Below are positions 8,746-17,429 of a stretch of 64,000 nt of DNA, piece by piece. Origin of the DNA: Giardia intestinalis (lineage: Eukaryota). A program made the position numbers and the translations under genes. The stretch's first letter is position 1. Each line of letters begins with the position of its first letter. The stretch is taken from the NCBI GenBank assembly GCA_000002435.2, contig CM018790.1. One strand, given 5' to 3'. The notes below the pieces were generated by a model. It was not told the DNA's origin, did no database searches, and saw only the letters and a program-made list of their open reading frames with translations.

Positions 8746-11094
8746 ATGCAGCCGGGTCAGGGGACTACCCCGCATAATAGACGGCCAACCAAACCCGAGA
8801 TGAAGCACGAAGGCTCCAAGAAGGTGCCATGGAAGAAACCGGCGGGCGGAGCTCCAAGGAAGCCAGGCAAACCAGGAAGTGGTCCTGGCAAGCCTTCAGC
8901 CAATTGGGCCGCCAAAAAAGGCTCTCATCCATATAAGCGTCGTGAAATACCTACTAAGAATAACATGACACATGATGAGGTCATAGCGATATGGGAGAAG
9001 ATGCGTGTCAAGAAGCTGCCGCCTCCCGAGAGACTGCGCTACATCAATTCTATTATAGGCTACTTTGTTGATAACGTCGTCACTTTCTCACGCAAGCCTG
9101 TTGAAGTGCGTATCCTCAGGTTTATAGTGAAGCACGGAACAGATGATTACCGAAGCATGATTCTCAAAGAGGTCAGCGGGCACGTACAGGAGCTTATTGT
9201 CGACAAGTACGCCACGAAGCTGATAGAGCGCCTCGGGGGAAGCTATAGATGGGACAAGGAGACGGCCCTTGCCATTGTTGAGAGCATCCTCCCAAACCTC
9301 CAAAAGCTTTGTCTCAACACAACAGGTGCAACTACCATAAGCTATATTTATCAAACCGTGCCTCTGAAGGTGCAGAACAAGATGCTTATAGCGCTGGTTG
9401 GACCTGCTGTGGACATAACGGATACAGCGCTTATTGCCCGCGAAGCGTTTATCCTCAAAGAGGCTCTCTACGTCCCCGGTCGCTTCAATGCAGTATTTTC
9501 TGAGTGCATGAAAATCCTTCACAAAGGGTTGGAGAAGAACCTTCTTGGCTGCACACTATTAACTAAGCTGGCTGCTGACACGCTCCGAATGATCTTTGGG
9601 TGCTTTGGGAGTACAACTGGTCCACATCTCGGACACGGTTCTGCAACTGATGAAGACTCTGGTGCCAAGGATGGAGCACTAGAGCCCGCACCTAAAAAGA
9701 CCAGTGTTTTGAGAAATGTCAACGAGAAGACCATTCAATTTGTTTCTGAATTGACGGATGCGCTAATAGAGGAAAATGCGTTTTTGTCTCTGCTCGATAC
9801 AGCTGACTCTGTTTTCGTGTCTTCCTTTGTTCTCCAATTCTGCACTCCTAAACGCAGGAAAGATGTAATAAAGGCTGTGCGCCCAAACGTTGTTCAGTTT
9901 GCGGGCGATCCTATGGCCTTCATTCTTCTTTGCAAATTGTTTGCGGTCACTGACGACACTGTTACCACCACATCCTCGCTCATCTCAGGAGAGGGCGGAA
10001 TTGGTGCCTCACTCAATACAATTCTTCGCACTAGAGCGGGGATCAGAACCGTACATTTTCTCCTATTTGGTTTGAAAGAGCTTGATGCTTCGGGTAGAGG
10101 CACTACTCCTATCTTCGCCAAGTGGATATCGGAGATTCTCCGTCAGACTGATCTGAAAGTTATTTTCCCCGAAGCCAGCGTAGATCAGTTTCCGGGCCTC
10201 TGTAAAAAAGATGGAGCAACAAAGCAGGCAGAATTACGCGCTGGGATAATGCCGTATTTACTGAATGCATTGACAAACGAGGATTTATTGGTGTCTCTCC
10301 TTGGGAGCTGTGAGGTAGGGAGCCAGATGCTTTGTGAGCTCATTGCCTATCTTTCTACCAGCACCGATGAGGTCACTAAAACAGAGAAGTCGCTGAAGAC
10401 TAAGGCAAGCAAGAAGAGCAACGCAGACTCACAACCCGTTCTAGACGATAAGCTGCAACCCATTCTTAGGACGATTGCGAACGCGGCCTGCAAACTGGTC
10501 GACCCTACCGTGCGGGGCATCCGACAGACAGACAAGGACCTACTACACCAGGGAAGCGCAAGCAATATCATGAAAATGATAGCCAAGCAGCAGAAGAAGG
10601 CTATTGAGCTAGCCAAAAAGGAGCAAGAACGGGCGGCTGGAGAGGAGGCGGCTCATACGACAGATGAAGACGATGACAGTGGCTCTGAGGCATCCAGTAA
10701 TAATGAGGAGCATCCAAAGGAGGGTGATGAGCCGCCAAAGAAGAACCGAGCCGAGAGAGACAAGCCCAAGAGAAATGCTCCGTACGTGCCATGCGCCCCA
10801 GAGGATAGACAGCCGCTGTTCAGGCATGACGTGGGTTACTTCAGCGTTCGGCGTATTTTGACGAATCATCCACCGTTTGGAGAACTTCTTTTGTCAGCAT
10901 TTGAGGCCCAAAGTGTACCGGGTCGCTTTTTCGCTGATAAGCGAGGGGCATTCATGCTCGAGCATATAGCCAAGATAAGCGACAAGAACAATACCCTGGT
11001 TAGAGAATTTGTCTCCCGGCACAATTTAACTAAGACCGTCGCCGCGAAGGGCTGCAAAGGGAGCGAGGCGCTTTGCACAGTTTTGGGCCTGTGA
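8746..11094 (+). CDS. hypothetical protein, 782 aa, with a basic Pro/Lys-rich N-terminus, an acidic Ser/Asp/Glu C-terminal tract, and weak resemblance to Puf-A/PUM3-type helical-repeat nucleolar proteins
   Basis: A/T-rich start context (aattaattgaatttctATG). Segments such as RILRFIVKHGTDDYRSMILKEVSGHVQELIVDKYATKLIERL resemble Pumilio-like helical repeats. The assignment is weak. Confidence 0.6.
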   Translation: MQPGQGTTPHNRRPTKPEMKHEGSKKVPWKKPAGGAPRKPGKPGSGPGKPSANWAAKKGSHPYKRREIPTKNNMTHDEVIAIWEKMRVKKLPPPERLRYINSIIGYFVDNVVTFSRKPVEVRILRFIVKHGTDDYRSMILKEVSGHVQELIVDKYATKLIERLGGSYRWDKETALAIVESILPNLQKLCLNTTGATTISYIYQTVPLKVQNKMLIALVGPAVDITDTALIAREAFILKEALYVPGRFNAVFSECMKILHKGLEKNLLGCTLLTKLAADTLRMIFGCFGSTTGPHLGHGSATDEDSGAKDGALEPAPKKTSVLRNVNEKTIQFVSELTDALIEENAFLSLLDTADSVFVSSFVLQFCTPKRRKDVIKAVRPNVVQFAGDPMAFILLCKLFAVTDDTVTTTSSLISGEGGIGASLNTILRTRAGIRTVHFLLFGLKELDASGRGTTPIFAKWISEILRQTDLKVIFPEASVDQFPGLCKKDGATKQAELRAGIMPYLLNALTNEDLLVSLLGSCEVGSQMLCELIAYLSTSTDEVTKTEKSLKTKASKKSNADSQPVLDDKLQPILRTIANAACKLVDPTVRGIRQTDKDLLHQGSASNIMKMIAKQQKKAIELAKKEQERAAGEEAAHTTDEDDDSGSEASSNNEEHPKEGDEPPKKNRAERDKPKRNAPYVPCAPEDRQPLFRHDVGYFSVRRILTNHPPFGELLLSAFEAQSVPGRFFADKRGAFMLEHIAKISDKNNTLVREFVSRHNLTKTVAAKGCKGSEALCTVLGL

Positions 11095-11095
11095 A

Positions 11096-11102
11096 TTTAC
11101 TG
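11096..11102 (-). promoter_or_regulatory. AGTAAAT polyadenylation-signal motif for the cyclin gene, located between the two convergent stop codons
   Basis: The reverse complement of atttact at 11096-11102 is AGTAAAT, lying 4 nt after the cyclin stop (11106-11108). Confidence 0.5.
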
Positions 11103-11105
11103 AGA

Positions 11106-12131
11106 TTACTTTGCTTCCTTTGTATTAAGAGTTAGCGCCTGCGTTACCACAGTCTCAATCATCAAGGACACCCCGTAGAAGCGATCCTCTTGCGAGTATT
11201 TGCGCCTTATGTATCTGGCCTTCGGGTTACAAGCGTATTTCTTCATGATCGTAGAAATCTCCGCCATAACCTTTTTTGTATCGCTCTCAGTGTATCCAGA
11301 ATACTTTTCGAGGGTTTCGTCCCAAGTCGGCTTCCGAGTCAATCTACGGGACATCGCAATGCAGCCTGCCGCAATCTCGCTAGGCTTAAATTTGAAGATA
11401 CTTGTCGTCAGACACGAGAGTTCAGAGATATAAAATGCAATGTAACGGTCTCGATTCTTCATTTCCGAAATTCTGGCATACCTTCGTAGGAATGTGAGAA
11501 TTGTGGGCATAGCCAGCTGGAAATCCAGCGTATGCAGGATAGATTCTTCCGTATCTATTATAGCTTCGCGACTGCACCTGTAGCACGGTCCCGAACGGTT
11601 ACCCTCGCACTTACAATTGACGAGGAATTCCGGGTCGACCTGGGTCAGCGCCTCCACAAAATGCCTAAGTGAAGGAATATAGCTTTGCTCGTACTTTGCT
11701 GCAATGAAAAGACAGCAAATGCCAACAAGTCTGTTAGAGGCCTTGGGTACTACCACGCGAGAAAGATAACTGTCAAAAATCGCTATGCAATGAAAGAAGC
11801 TCTCGTTGGCCAAATTGAAGCGTGTGTGACACCTAGAGATCCAGTCAACAAGTAGCGTGCGGTCCTCTGCATCAAAGTCTATCTGGTTCGACAAAAAGTC
11901 CGAACCAAGCATGTACTTACCCTCAGACTGAAGTAGGTACTCATATATCTCTCTTACGTATTCTGCGCACGCCTGGATATCATCCTTATCAATCAAATCG
12001 ATGTCGAGAATGTCCGTTTCTTTATCGGGGTTGGCGTGCCTGAAGTTAATCAAGGCCTGTGGCATCTCCTCGACATTGTCTACCGGCTGCTCGAATGTGT
12101 GAACGCTCTGGGATTCGTCGTCTAATGGCAT
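11106..12131 (-). CDS. A/B-type (mitotic) cyclin, 341 aa
   Basis: Cyclin box with RTLLVDWISRCHTRFNLANESFFHCIAIFDSYLS...NRLVGICCLFIAAKYEQSYIPSLRHF, matching the consensus MRxILVDWLVEV...ETLxLAVxxxDRFL...LQLVGxxxLxIAxKYEE. A second fold includes EESILHTLDFQL. The N-terminus has no obvious RxxL destruction box. Confidence 0.85.
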   Translation of the reverse strand: MPLDDESQSVHTFEQPVDNVEEMPQALINFRHANPDKETDILDIDLIDKDDIQACAEYVREIYEYLLQSEGKYMLGSDFLSNQIDFDAEDRTLLVDWISRCHTRFNLANESFFHCIAIFDSYLSRVVVPKASNRLVGICCLFIAAKYEQSYIPSLRHFVEALTQVDPEFLVNCKCEGNRSGPCYRCSREAIIDTEESILHTLDFQLAMPTILTFLRRYARISEMKNRDRYIAFYISELSCLTTSIFKFKPSEIAAGCIAMSRRLTRKPTWDETLEKYSGYTESDTKKVMAEISTIMKKYACNPKARYIRRKYSQEDRFYGVSLMIETVVTQALTLNTKEAK

Positions 12132-12315
12132 TGTTATAGTTTCAAATTTTGAATTCTAAGGACCGAATCTGCTTTCCAAGAACTTTTCGAAGATCTAATC
12201 TTGCTTGCTAGAGTGTCAGAATCATATAGCAGGAGGTGAGGCTTAATAATTGCTGGGATAGGTTCGTAAATCGATACTCGGCAGAGAGAGAAATTCCCCC
12301 AACCAATAAAAAGTT

Positions 12316-12792
12316 ATGGAAAACCGTTTACGAAATGAGTATCGAAACGTCAACAAAATGAAGGATGCGCTAGCCAAGGAGGGAATAACCATATTTCCTA
12401 CGGCCAGTGACAACCTTTCTGCTTGGACCATTTCTATTCTAACGAAAGATAAGGACTCCCCCTATTCGGGTCAGACGCACACAATCTCTGTCAAGATACC
12501 CAGAGACTACCCCCTTTCTCCGCCCGAGTGCAACTTCACGACACCCATGTTCCACCCTAACGTGAAGTTTGCGAACGGTGAGATCTGTCTCAACATCCTC
12601 ACAAAGGACGACTGGTCTCCGGCAATTTCCCTTATCTCTCTTGCACAAAGCATTGCAGGCCTTTGCAGTGCCCCAAACACAGACAGCCCTCTCAATTGTG
12701 ACGCCTCCAATCTCGTTAAGAACGGTGACGTCCGGGCCGTCCGGTGCATCTGCCAGTATTACTACAAGGGGGAGTACACCAAGGTCAAGTAG
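12316..12792 (+). CDS. ubiquitin-conjugating enzyme E2 (UBC fold), 158 aa
   Basis: Canonical UBC active site HPNVKFANGEICLNILTKDDWSPAISL, matching HPN[IV]..G.ICLDIL...WSP with the catalytic Cys. A/T-rich start (aaccaataaaaagttATG). Stop TAG at 12790-12792 is followed by AGTAAAT at 12801-12807. Confidence 0.9.
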   Translation: MENRLRNEYRNVNKMKDALAKEGITIFPTASDNLSAWTISILTKDKDSPYSGQTHTISVKIPRDYPLSPPECNFTTPMFHPNVKFANGEICLNILTKDDWSPAISLISLAQSIAGLCSAPNTDSPLNCDASNLVKNGDVRAVRCICQYYYKGEYTKVK

Positions 12793-12874
12793 GCCCGGGC
12801 AGTAAATTTGTCGAGATACATGCCTCGGCCGCGCGTCCCCCTGGCGCCCCGCCTCGCAGAGCTCTATGCCGCAG
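12736..12874 (+). repeat. Copy A of a 139-bp perfect inverted repeat, covering the last 19 codons of the E2 gene plus 82 bp of 3' flank including AGTAAAT
   Basis: By eye, base-for-base identical to the reverse complement of 53923-54062. Confidence 0.85.
12801..12807 (+). promoter_or_regulatory. AGTAAAT polyadenylation-signal motif of the E2 gene
   Basis: Consensus AGTRAAY lies 9 nt after the stop codon. Confidence 0.55.
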
Positions 12875-12924
12875 GGACTTCTCGCGTAGGGAAGTGGTGG
12901 AAAACCATGGACCATGTTCACATA

Positions 12925-15900
12925 TTAAACCGCGGCACTACCATCGGATCCTTCCTCTAGCTCTGCCAGTCCCATGGCCTCGTTTGCGTTACGACCGCGG
13001 AAGTTTGCATAAGATATGAGTGCTATGGCAGACCTTTCCCGCCTGCCTCGTCGCTTCGTGGGTATATCGAGAGGATGCTTGGGCTTCTTGTTCTTACAAC
13101 AGAACCGCCACGAGAGGAACCCAATGAGACCTGCAAGCACGCTGAGGACAAGAACTCCGACGACAATTGGAACGTAGGGTTGAATGGCTGTTCTTGCTAC
13201 GTCGGCCTCGCATGCAAAACTGTCCTTTAGTGTGTAACCTGGATAGCATCTACAGACAGGTACTCTCCCATTATCCGAGAGACAACGGCCATGTCCACTG
13301 CAGACCAGGTTAACGCCACCCGTAGTGGATATGCAGTCTTTGTGGACGCATATGCTATCAACGGTGCTCTGATAGTTGTCATTGCATGTACAAACGCCCC
13401 CTTTGACCACCGTACATCGGCCGTTACCGTTGCACACCGTCCCAAGAGTAAGGCACCCTAGGGGGTAGCATACCGTGCCTGACGGCCCCCAGTAGGAATC
13501 GCAGATGCAGTAACCCTTATCTCCTTCCTCTTCAACACACCTGCCAGCCCCGTTGCAAACAACGTCTTCAAAGCCCGGCTCGGAACTGAAGCAATCTTTG
13601 ACATAGCAGGTTCTGGAGCTTCTGTCCCTTGTGTACCCACTCGAACAATTCTCACACTTTTCCCCGTAGTGGCCATTCTTACAGACACACTTCTTCTCTG
13701 CAGAACATACCCCTCCGCTGTGACAAACAGTTTCTGCCCCGTCCGATTCTTGCGTAATGCACTCCGTTGCCACACACGGATACACGACGCCTCGGAAGGT
13801 GATTGTCTTATATCCAGACTTGCATGTGCAGAAATAGCTATCGCCAGACCTTGTACAGCTTCCGTTGCCTCCGCATTCCTCGTACTTATTAAAGTCAATG
13901 AGGCCAGCACACTCCTTAGGAATGCATCTTCCGGTAAAGAGCTGGACAGCAACATCTTTATCACAAGAGCAATAAGACTTATTGCCCACTAGATCCATAA
14001 CGCATGTACCAAACTCATGTCCTCCGCAAACAGTGTCGACGTCGTGACCATTGGCAGACCTTGGGAAGACGCACTCCTGTGGAGCACACTGTCTGCCGAT
14101 TTGCCTGTACTTATTGTCTGTCGTATTTATACATTTGCATATATATCCATTCAGCGCAGTGTTTGGAAGCTCAGAAACTACACAGGAGGCAACAGTCGGG
14201 CCTCCACACACAGACTGGACTGTATGCAAACCGCTTGCTACAGGGACAATGCAGCGCGGGCTGGCACACGTTCCATTGACTGCAAAGTAGCCGATATCAC
14301 AAACACACTTTCCATGCACGCATTCACCGACACCACCACAGATCAGAGGATTCTGATCAACGTAATTGATGCAATCTTCTTGGACGCACGTGCTCTTAAG
14401 GACCCCTGTGATGTCGCGAAGCGTTACTTCGGTAGTGTTGTCTGTGCAGCTACACCTCCTTTCAGAAAGGGGGGTTCCAGCCTGGCCAAAGCAAGTGCCG
14501 AATCCTCCGCACACCTTTGGCTCAGCGAGAGTCGAGTGCACATAGATGCACTTCCTCGGGACACATTGCTCTCCTGTGCTCACAGCGAGAAAGCCTTCGG
14601 AACAAGCACATCCAAACCTCTGCTGCTCCGGTTTGTACACGCAGCCGGCCAGAGCGTCTCCTCCGCAGTACACGTTGTCGCGAAGACAATCTTGGTGGAT
14701 GCATCTCTTATTGAGCAGCGTGAATGGCCCTGAGCAGGCGCATTCGTGGCCACCACCGGCACTCTTCATGCGACACTCGACGAACGGCGAAAGAGCCCCG
14801 CACTCAGAGTATTGCAATTTGCCTCCAACGTACGTCAGAACAGCGCACCCTGTGTGGGTGCAGTAGCCTCCGTAGCTTTCGGTTTCGTCGGGACACTTAC
14901 AGCCATAAGAGTTAGTGGTCTCAGTGTATATGCACGACCCTATTCCAGAACATACGTGGCTCAGTCTGTATTCCCCAGGAATATGATTGCTTGGCAGGCA
15001 ATTCACGCTATAGCAGAAACCGCCTATCTTCACAAAGTTCTTGGAACATATGCACGCGTTTGTTGTAGCATCCAAAGCGCCAGCTCCTGGGCCACCACAA
15101 AATCCTATTGATCTGTGTGCACTTTCATCGGCATACGCAGTCGATAGGACACATGTAGAGACGTAGGTTGTGAGCAGGCCGCTGCATTGGCAACTCCAGT
15201 CGCCGCTTTCCCTCAACAAGCAGCTTTCGCTTCTATTTGTAGCCACATCGTTTGTGACACAATACGTATTGGGCACTATGCTAGGGCCAGCTAAAGTCTT
15301 CTTTAACATGCAAGAGTCTGCGACACAACGCTTACTTGCCGTATCCCATCTTGCCTCGCTGCCACAGTCACAATGGTAGTTTGAGGCACTAGCCTCCTTT
15401 ACGCAATCTCCTATTCCTCCACAATAATTATCTTGCTCACGACCGCTTGAGTTGTCGTGGCAGTCCTTGTGAATGCACGTTGTCTTACCCTTGTTGGGGC
15501 CCGAGGTAAATGTTACAGTGTGGAAGTTGTCCTGACAGGTACACACCTTTCCTGAGGCACCAGATTTGTCTGAACATTTTGGTGCACCACTAGACTCTAT
15601 ACCATCAGAAAGGCCATCATGTAGTCCACAGTAAAAGACCCTAGTCTTATTTATTTGACTGACGTGGGTGCACTCCTCATCAGCGAGGTATGTGTTATTG
15701 TATGCAATTACCCTTGTTGATGTGTCTGACACACACGTAATATATGGGGCGGTTGAGTCGCCAAACACGGTATACTTTGCGTTCTGACAAACACCAGACA
15801 TATCCCCAGTGTTGGCGGGCGTCGGTGATTGTGTAATACAGCTCTTGGCAATGCATTGACTACCTATCATCTCGGCAGTGGGGTTACTTCCCTTTGTATT

Positions 15901-17280
15901 GCATTCAGAGCAGTTTTCTCCAGTGTATATGTGTGAGCATGAGCATAGGAAGCTTGATACTCCACCAACCATGGCTACTTTAAGAACACCATTGTCACTG
16001 CAAACAGCTCCATTAGCAATCAGCTTACTGGGCACACAGCGTCCTGGATATATGTACGTATAGCCTTGTTCGCAGATACACGCACTTTGACTTGTGAGGC
16101 TATTCGAGCATGCGCCATAGCCAGAGCAAATAGTGCCAAAGTGCTCATCAATACAGTCACGCAACACACACTCGCCATGCCTCTCAATAAACGAGTCTGG
16201 ACAGCGGCAGTGATAAGTCCCTTCATACTTAACACACGGGCCACCATTCTTACATATTGACCCATCACTTGACACACAAGTTAGAGGAACACAGCGATTT
16301 TCCACCACCTGCGAGGCCCCCAGTATGCACTTCTCACAAAGAGAGCCGGCTGCAACATCGCCACAATCACAGGAGTAGGACCTGCCATTTCTCTTACAGA
16401 TACCAACTCCGCCGCACACGGTCATAGCTTTGCTATCAGTGCACCCAACGGGGGCGCACTCTCCGTTGATGCTGACCATGTCGGCATCACATTCACATCG
16501 ATACAGGCCAGTTGTCATGACGCATTTGCCAAACCCTCCGCAGATAATCGGAATACCAGAGTGATACGCTACACAACTTGTCGGCACGCACGACTGGCCC
16601 ACATGCGTGCAGTCCTTGTTGCACGCACATCTGAAGTTGTAGTCTCTGCCAGTAGAACCCACGTCTGGTACGCACTCTCCCTTCCCAGAACAGATCTGCC
16701 CGCTTTCATCTATACACGATCGAGGAACACACTTCAGCTCGTCTTTAGTGGATAGGTCAACGGCTGCTGCCTCATTGCACGCAGCGCAAAACTTCCCACT
16801 GTACAGAGAGTAGCACGAACACAAGTAATCATCCGAAGTGGCTATGTGTGCTTTGCCAACATCTTTTAGAACACATCGGCCGCGCCCGTTACAAGGGACA
16901 TTGGAGCTGTGAAGGAGAGTCCCTTGTTCGTAGCAATTCTTCGAGGTGCAAACTCCTTCAAAAGAAACAAACCCTTCTGGACATTGCTCACAGCGGTACG
17001 CACCGTCATAATGAGAGCATTTCATAGAATCATTGCATTCTTTTCCATTGATGAGACAACGATGACTGACCGCAATCTCTAAATTCCCACCCGAAGAGTC
17101 AGCCCCGGTTCGAAGTATCCGGAAACCAGGCTTTGCAGCGTCACAGGCGCTCCCAGACCATCCGCGTTGGCACTGGCAGAAAAGAGATCCGTCTGTCTGC
17201 ACACAATTCCCATGGACACACTCTCTCCCCACTCCACAACTGGCAGATAAGGATAGAGTCAACGTCGTTACCAGAATCAT
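12925..17280 (-). CDS. high-cysteine membrane protein (VSP-like, EGF-like, CxxC/CxC-rich), 1451 aa, type I topology
   Basis: N-terminal signal peptide MILVTTLTLSLSASC. There are dozens of CxxC, CxC and CGG[x]G[x]C modules, for example CGGFGKC, CGGVGIC, CGGIGDC and CGGVGEC. A single C-terminal TM helix, IVVGVLVLSVLAGLIGFLSW, is followed by a basic ~60-aa cytoplasmic tail. The tail is not the CRGKA ending of true VSPs. Confidence 0.85.
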   Translation of the reverse strand: MILVTTLTLSLSASCGVGRECVHGNCVQTDGSLFCQCQRGWSGSACDAAKPGFRILRTGADSSGGNLEIAVSHRCLINGKECNDSMKCSHYDGAYRCEQCPEGFVSFEGVCTSKNCYEQGTLLHSSNVPCNGRGRCVLKDVGKAHIATSDDYLCSCYSLYSGKFCAACNEAAAVDLSTKDELKCVPRSCIDESGQICSGKGECVPDVGSTGRDYNFRCACNKDCTHVGQSCVPTSCVAYHSGIPIICGGFGKCVMTTGLYRCECDADMVSINGECAPVGCTDSKAMTVCGGVGICKRNGRSYSCDCGDVAAGSLCEKCILGASQVVENRCVPLTCVSSDGSICKNGGPCVKYEGTYHCRCPDSFIERHGECVLRDCIDEHFGTICSGYGACSNSLTSQSACICEQGYTYIYPGRCVPSKLIANGAVCSDNGVLKVAMVGGVSSFLCSCSHIYTGENCSECNTKGSNPTAEMIGSQCIAKSCITQSPTPANTGDMSGVCQNAKYTVFGDSTAPYITCVSDTSTRVIAYNNTYLADEECTHVSQINKTRVFYCGLHDGLSDGIESSGAPKCSDKSGASGKVCTCQDNFHTVTFTSGPNKGKTTCIHKDCHDNSSGREQDNYCGGIGDCVKEASASNYHCDCGSEARWDTASKRCVADSCMLKKTLAGPSIVPNTYCVTNDVATNRSESCLLRESGDWSCQCSGLLTTYVSTCVLSTAYADESAHRSIGFCGGPGAGALDATTNACICSKNFVKIGGFCYSVNCLPSNHIPGEYRLSHVCSGIGSCIYTETTNSYGCKCPDETESYGGYCTHTGCAVLTYVGGKLQYSECGALSPFVECRMKSAGGGHECACSGPFTLLNKRCIHQDCLRDNVYCGGDALAGCVYKPEQQRFGCACSEGFLAVSTGEQCVPRKCIYVHSTLAEPKVCGGFGTCFGQAGTPLSERRCSCTDNTTEVTLRDITGVLKSTCVQEDCINYVDQNPLICGGVGECVHGKCVCDIGYFAVNGTCASPRCIVPVASGLHTVQSVCGGPTVASCVVSELPNTALNGYICKCINTTDNKYRQIGRQCAPQECVFPRSANGHDVDTVCGGHEFGTCVMDLVGNKSYCSCDKDVAVQLFTGRCIPKECAGLIDFNKYEECGGNGSCTRSGDSYFCTCKSGYKTITFRGVVYPCVATECITQESDGAETVCHSGGVCSAEKKCVCKNGHYGEKCENCSSGYTRDRSSRTCYVKDCFSSEPGFEDVVCNGAGRCVEEEGDKGYCICDSYWGPSGTVCYPLGCLTLGTVCNGNGRCTVVKGGVCTCNDNYQSTVDSICVHKDCISTTGGVNLVCSGHGRCLSDNGRVPVCRCYPGYTLKDSFACEADVARTAIQPYVPIVVGVLVLSVLAGLIGFLSWRFCCKNKKPKHPLDIPTKRRGRRERSAIALISYANFRGRNANEAMGLAELEEGSDGSAAV

Positions 17281-17429
17281 AGACAGTGATTTACAGGTCT
17301 TGGTGTAGTGTATAGTATATTAAACGGGGTTAAAGAACTACAAGTATCTACGTCACCTTAACGCGGAGATTAACATAGGGAAATTCTACAGGGCTTGTAG
17401 CACCATTTCCTTTGTGATTAGACAAAGGC

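Noticed and set aside
12439-12921. 160-aa ORF antisense to the E2 gene, and its near-twin 137-aa ORF at 53708-54121
   Set aside because: Both are antisense to clearly homologous coding sequence (UBC fold). Their similarity is fully explained by the 139-bp nucleotide duplication, and they have no coding signal of their own.
13227-16755. Many 60-240-aa ORFs on the + strand across the HCMP gene, for example 14017-14733
   Set aside because: They are antisense to a strongly supported 1451-aa Cys-rich CDS. A GC-rich third-position bias creates long spurious ORFs, and no motifs are present.
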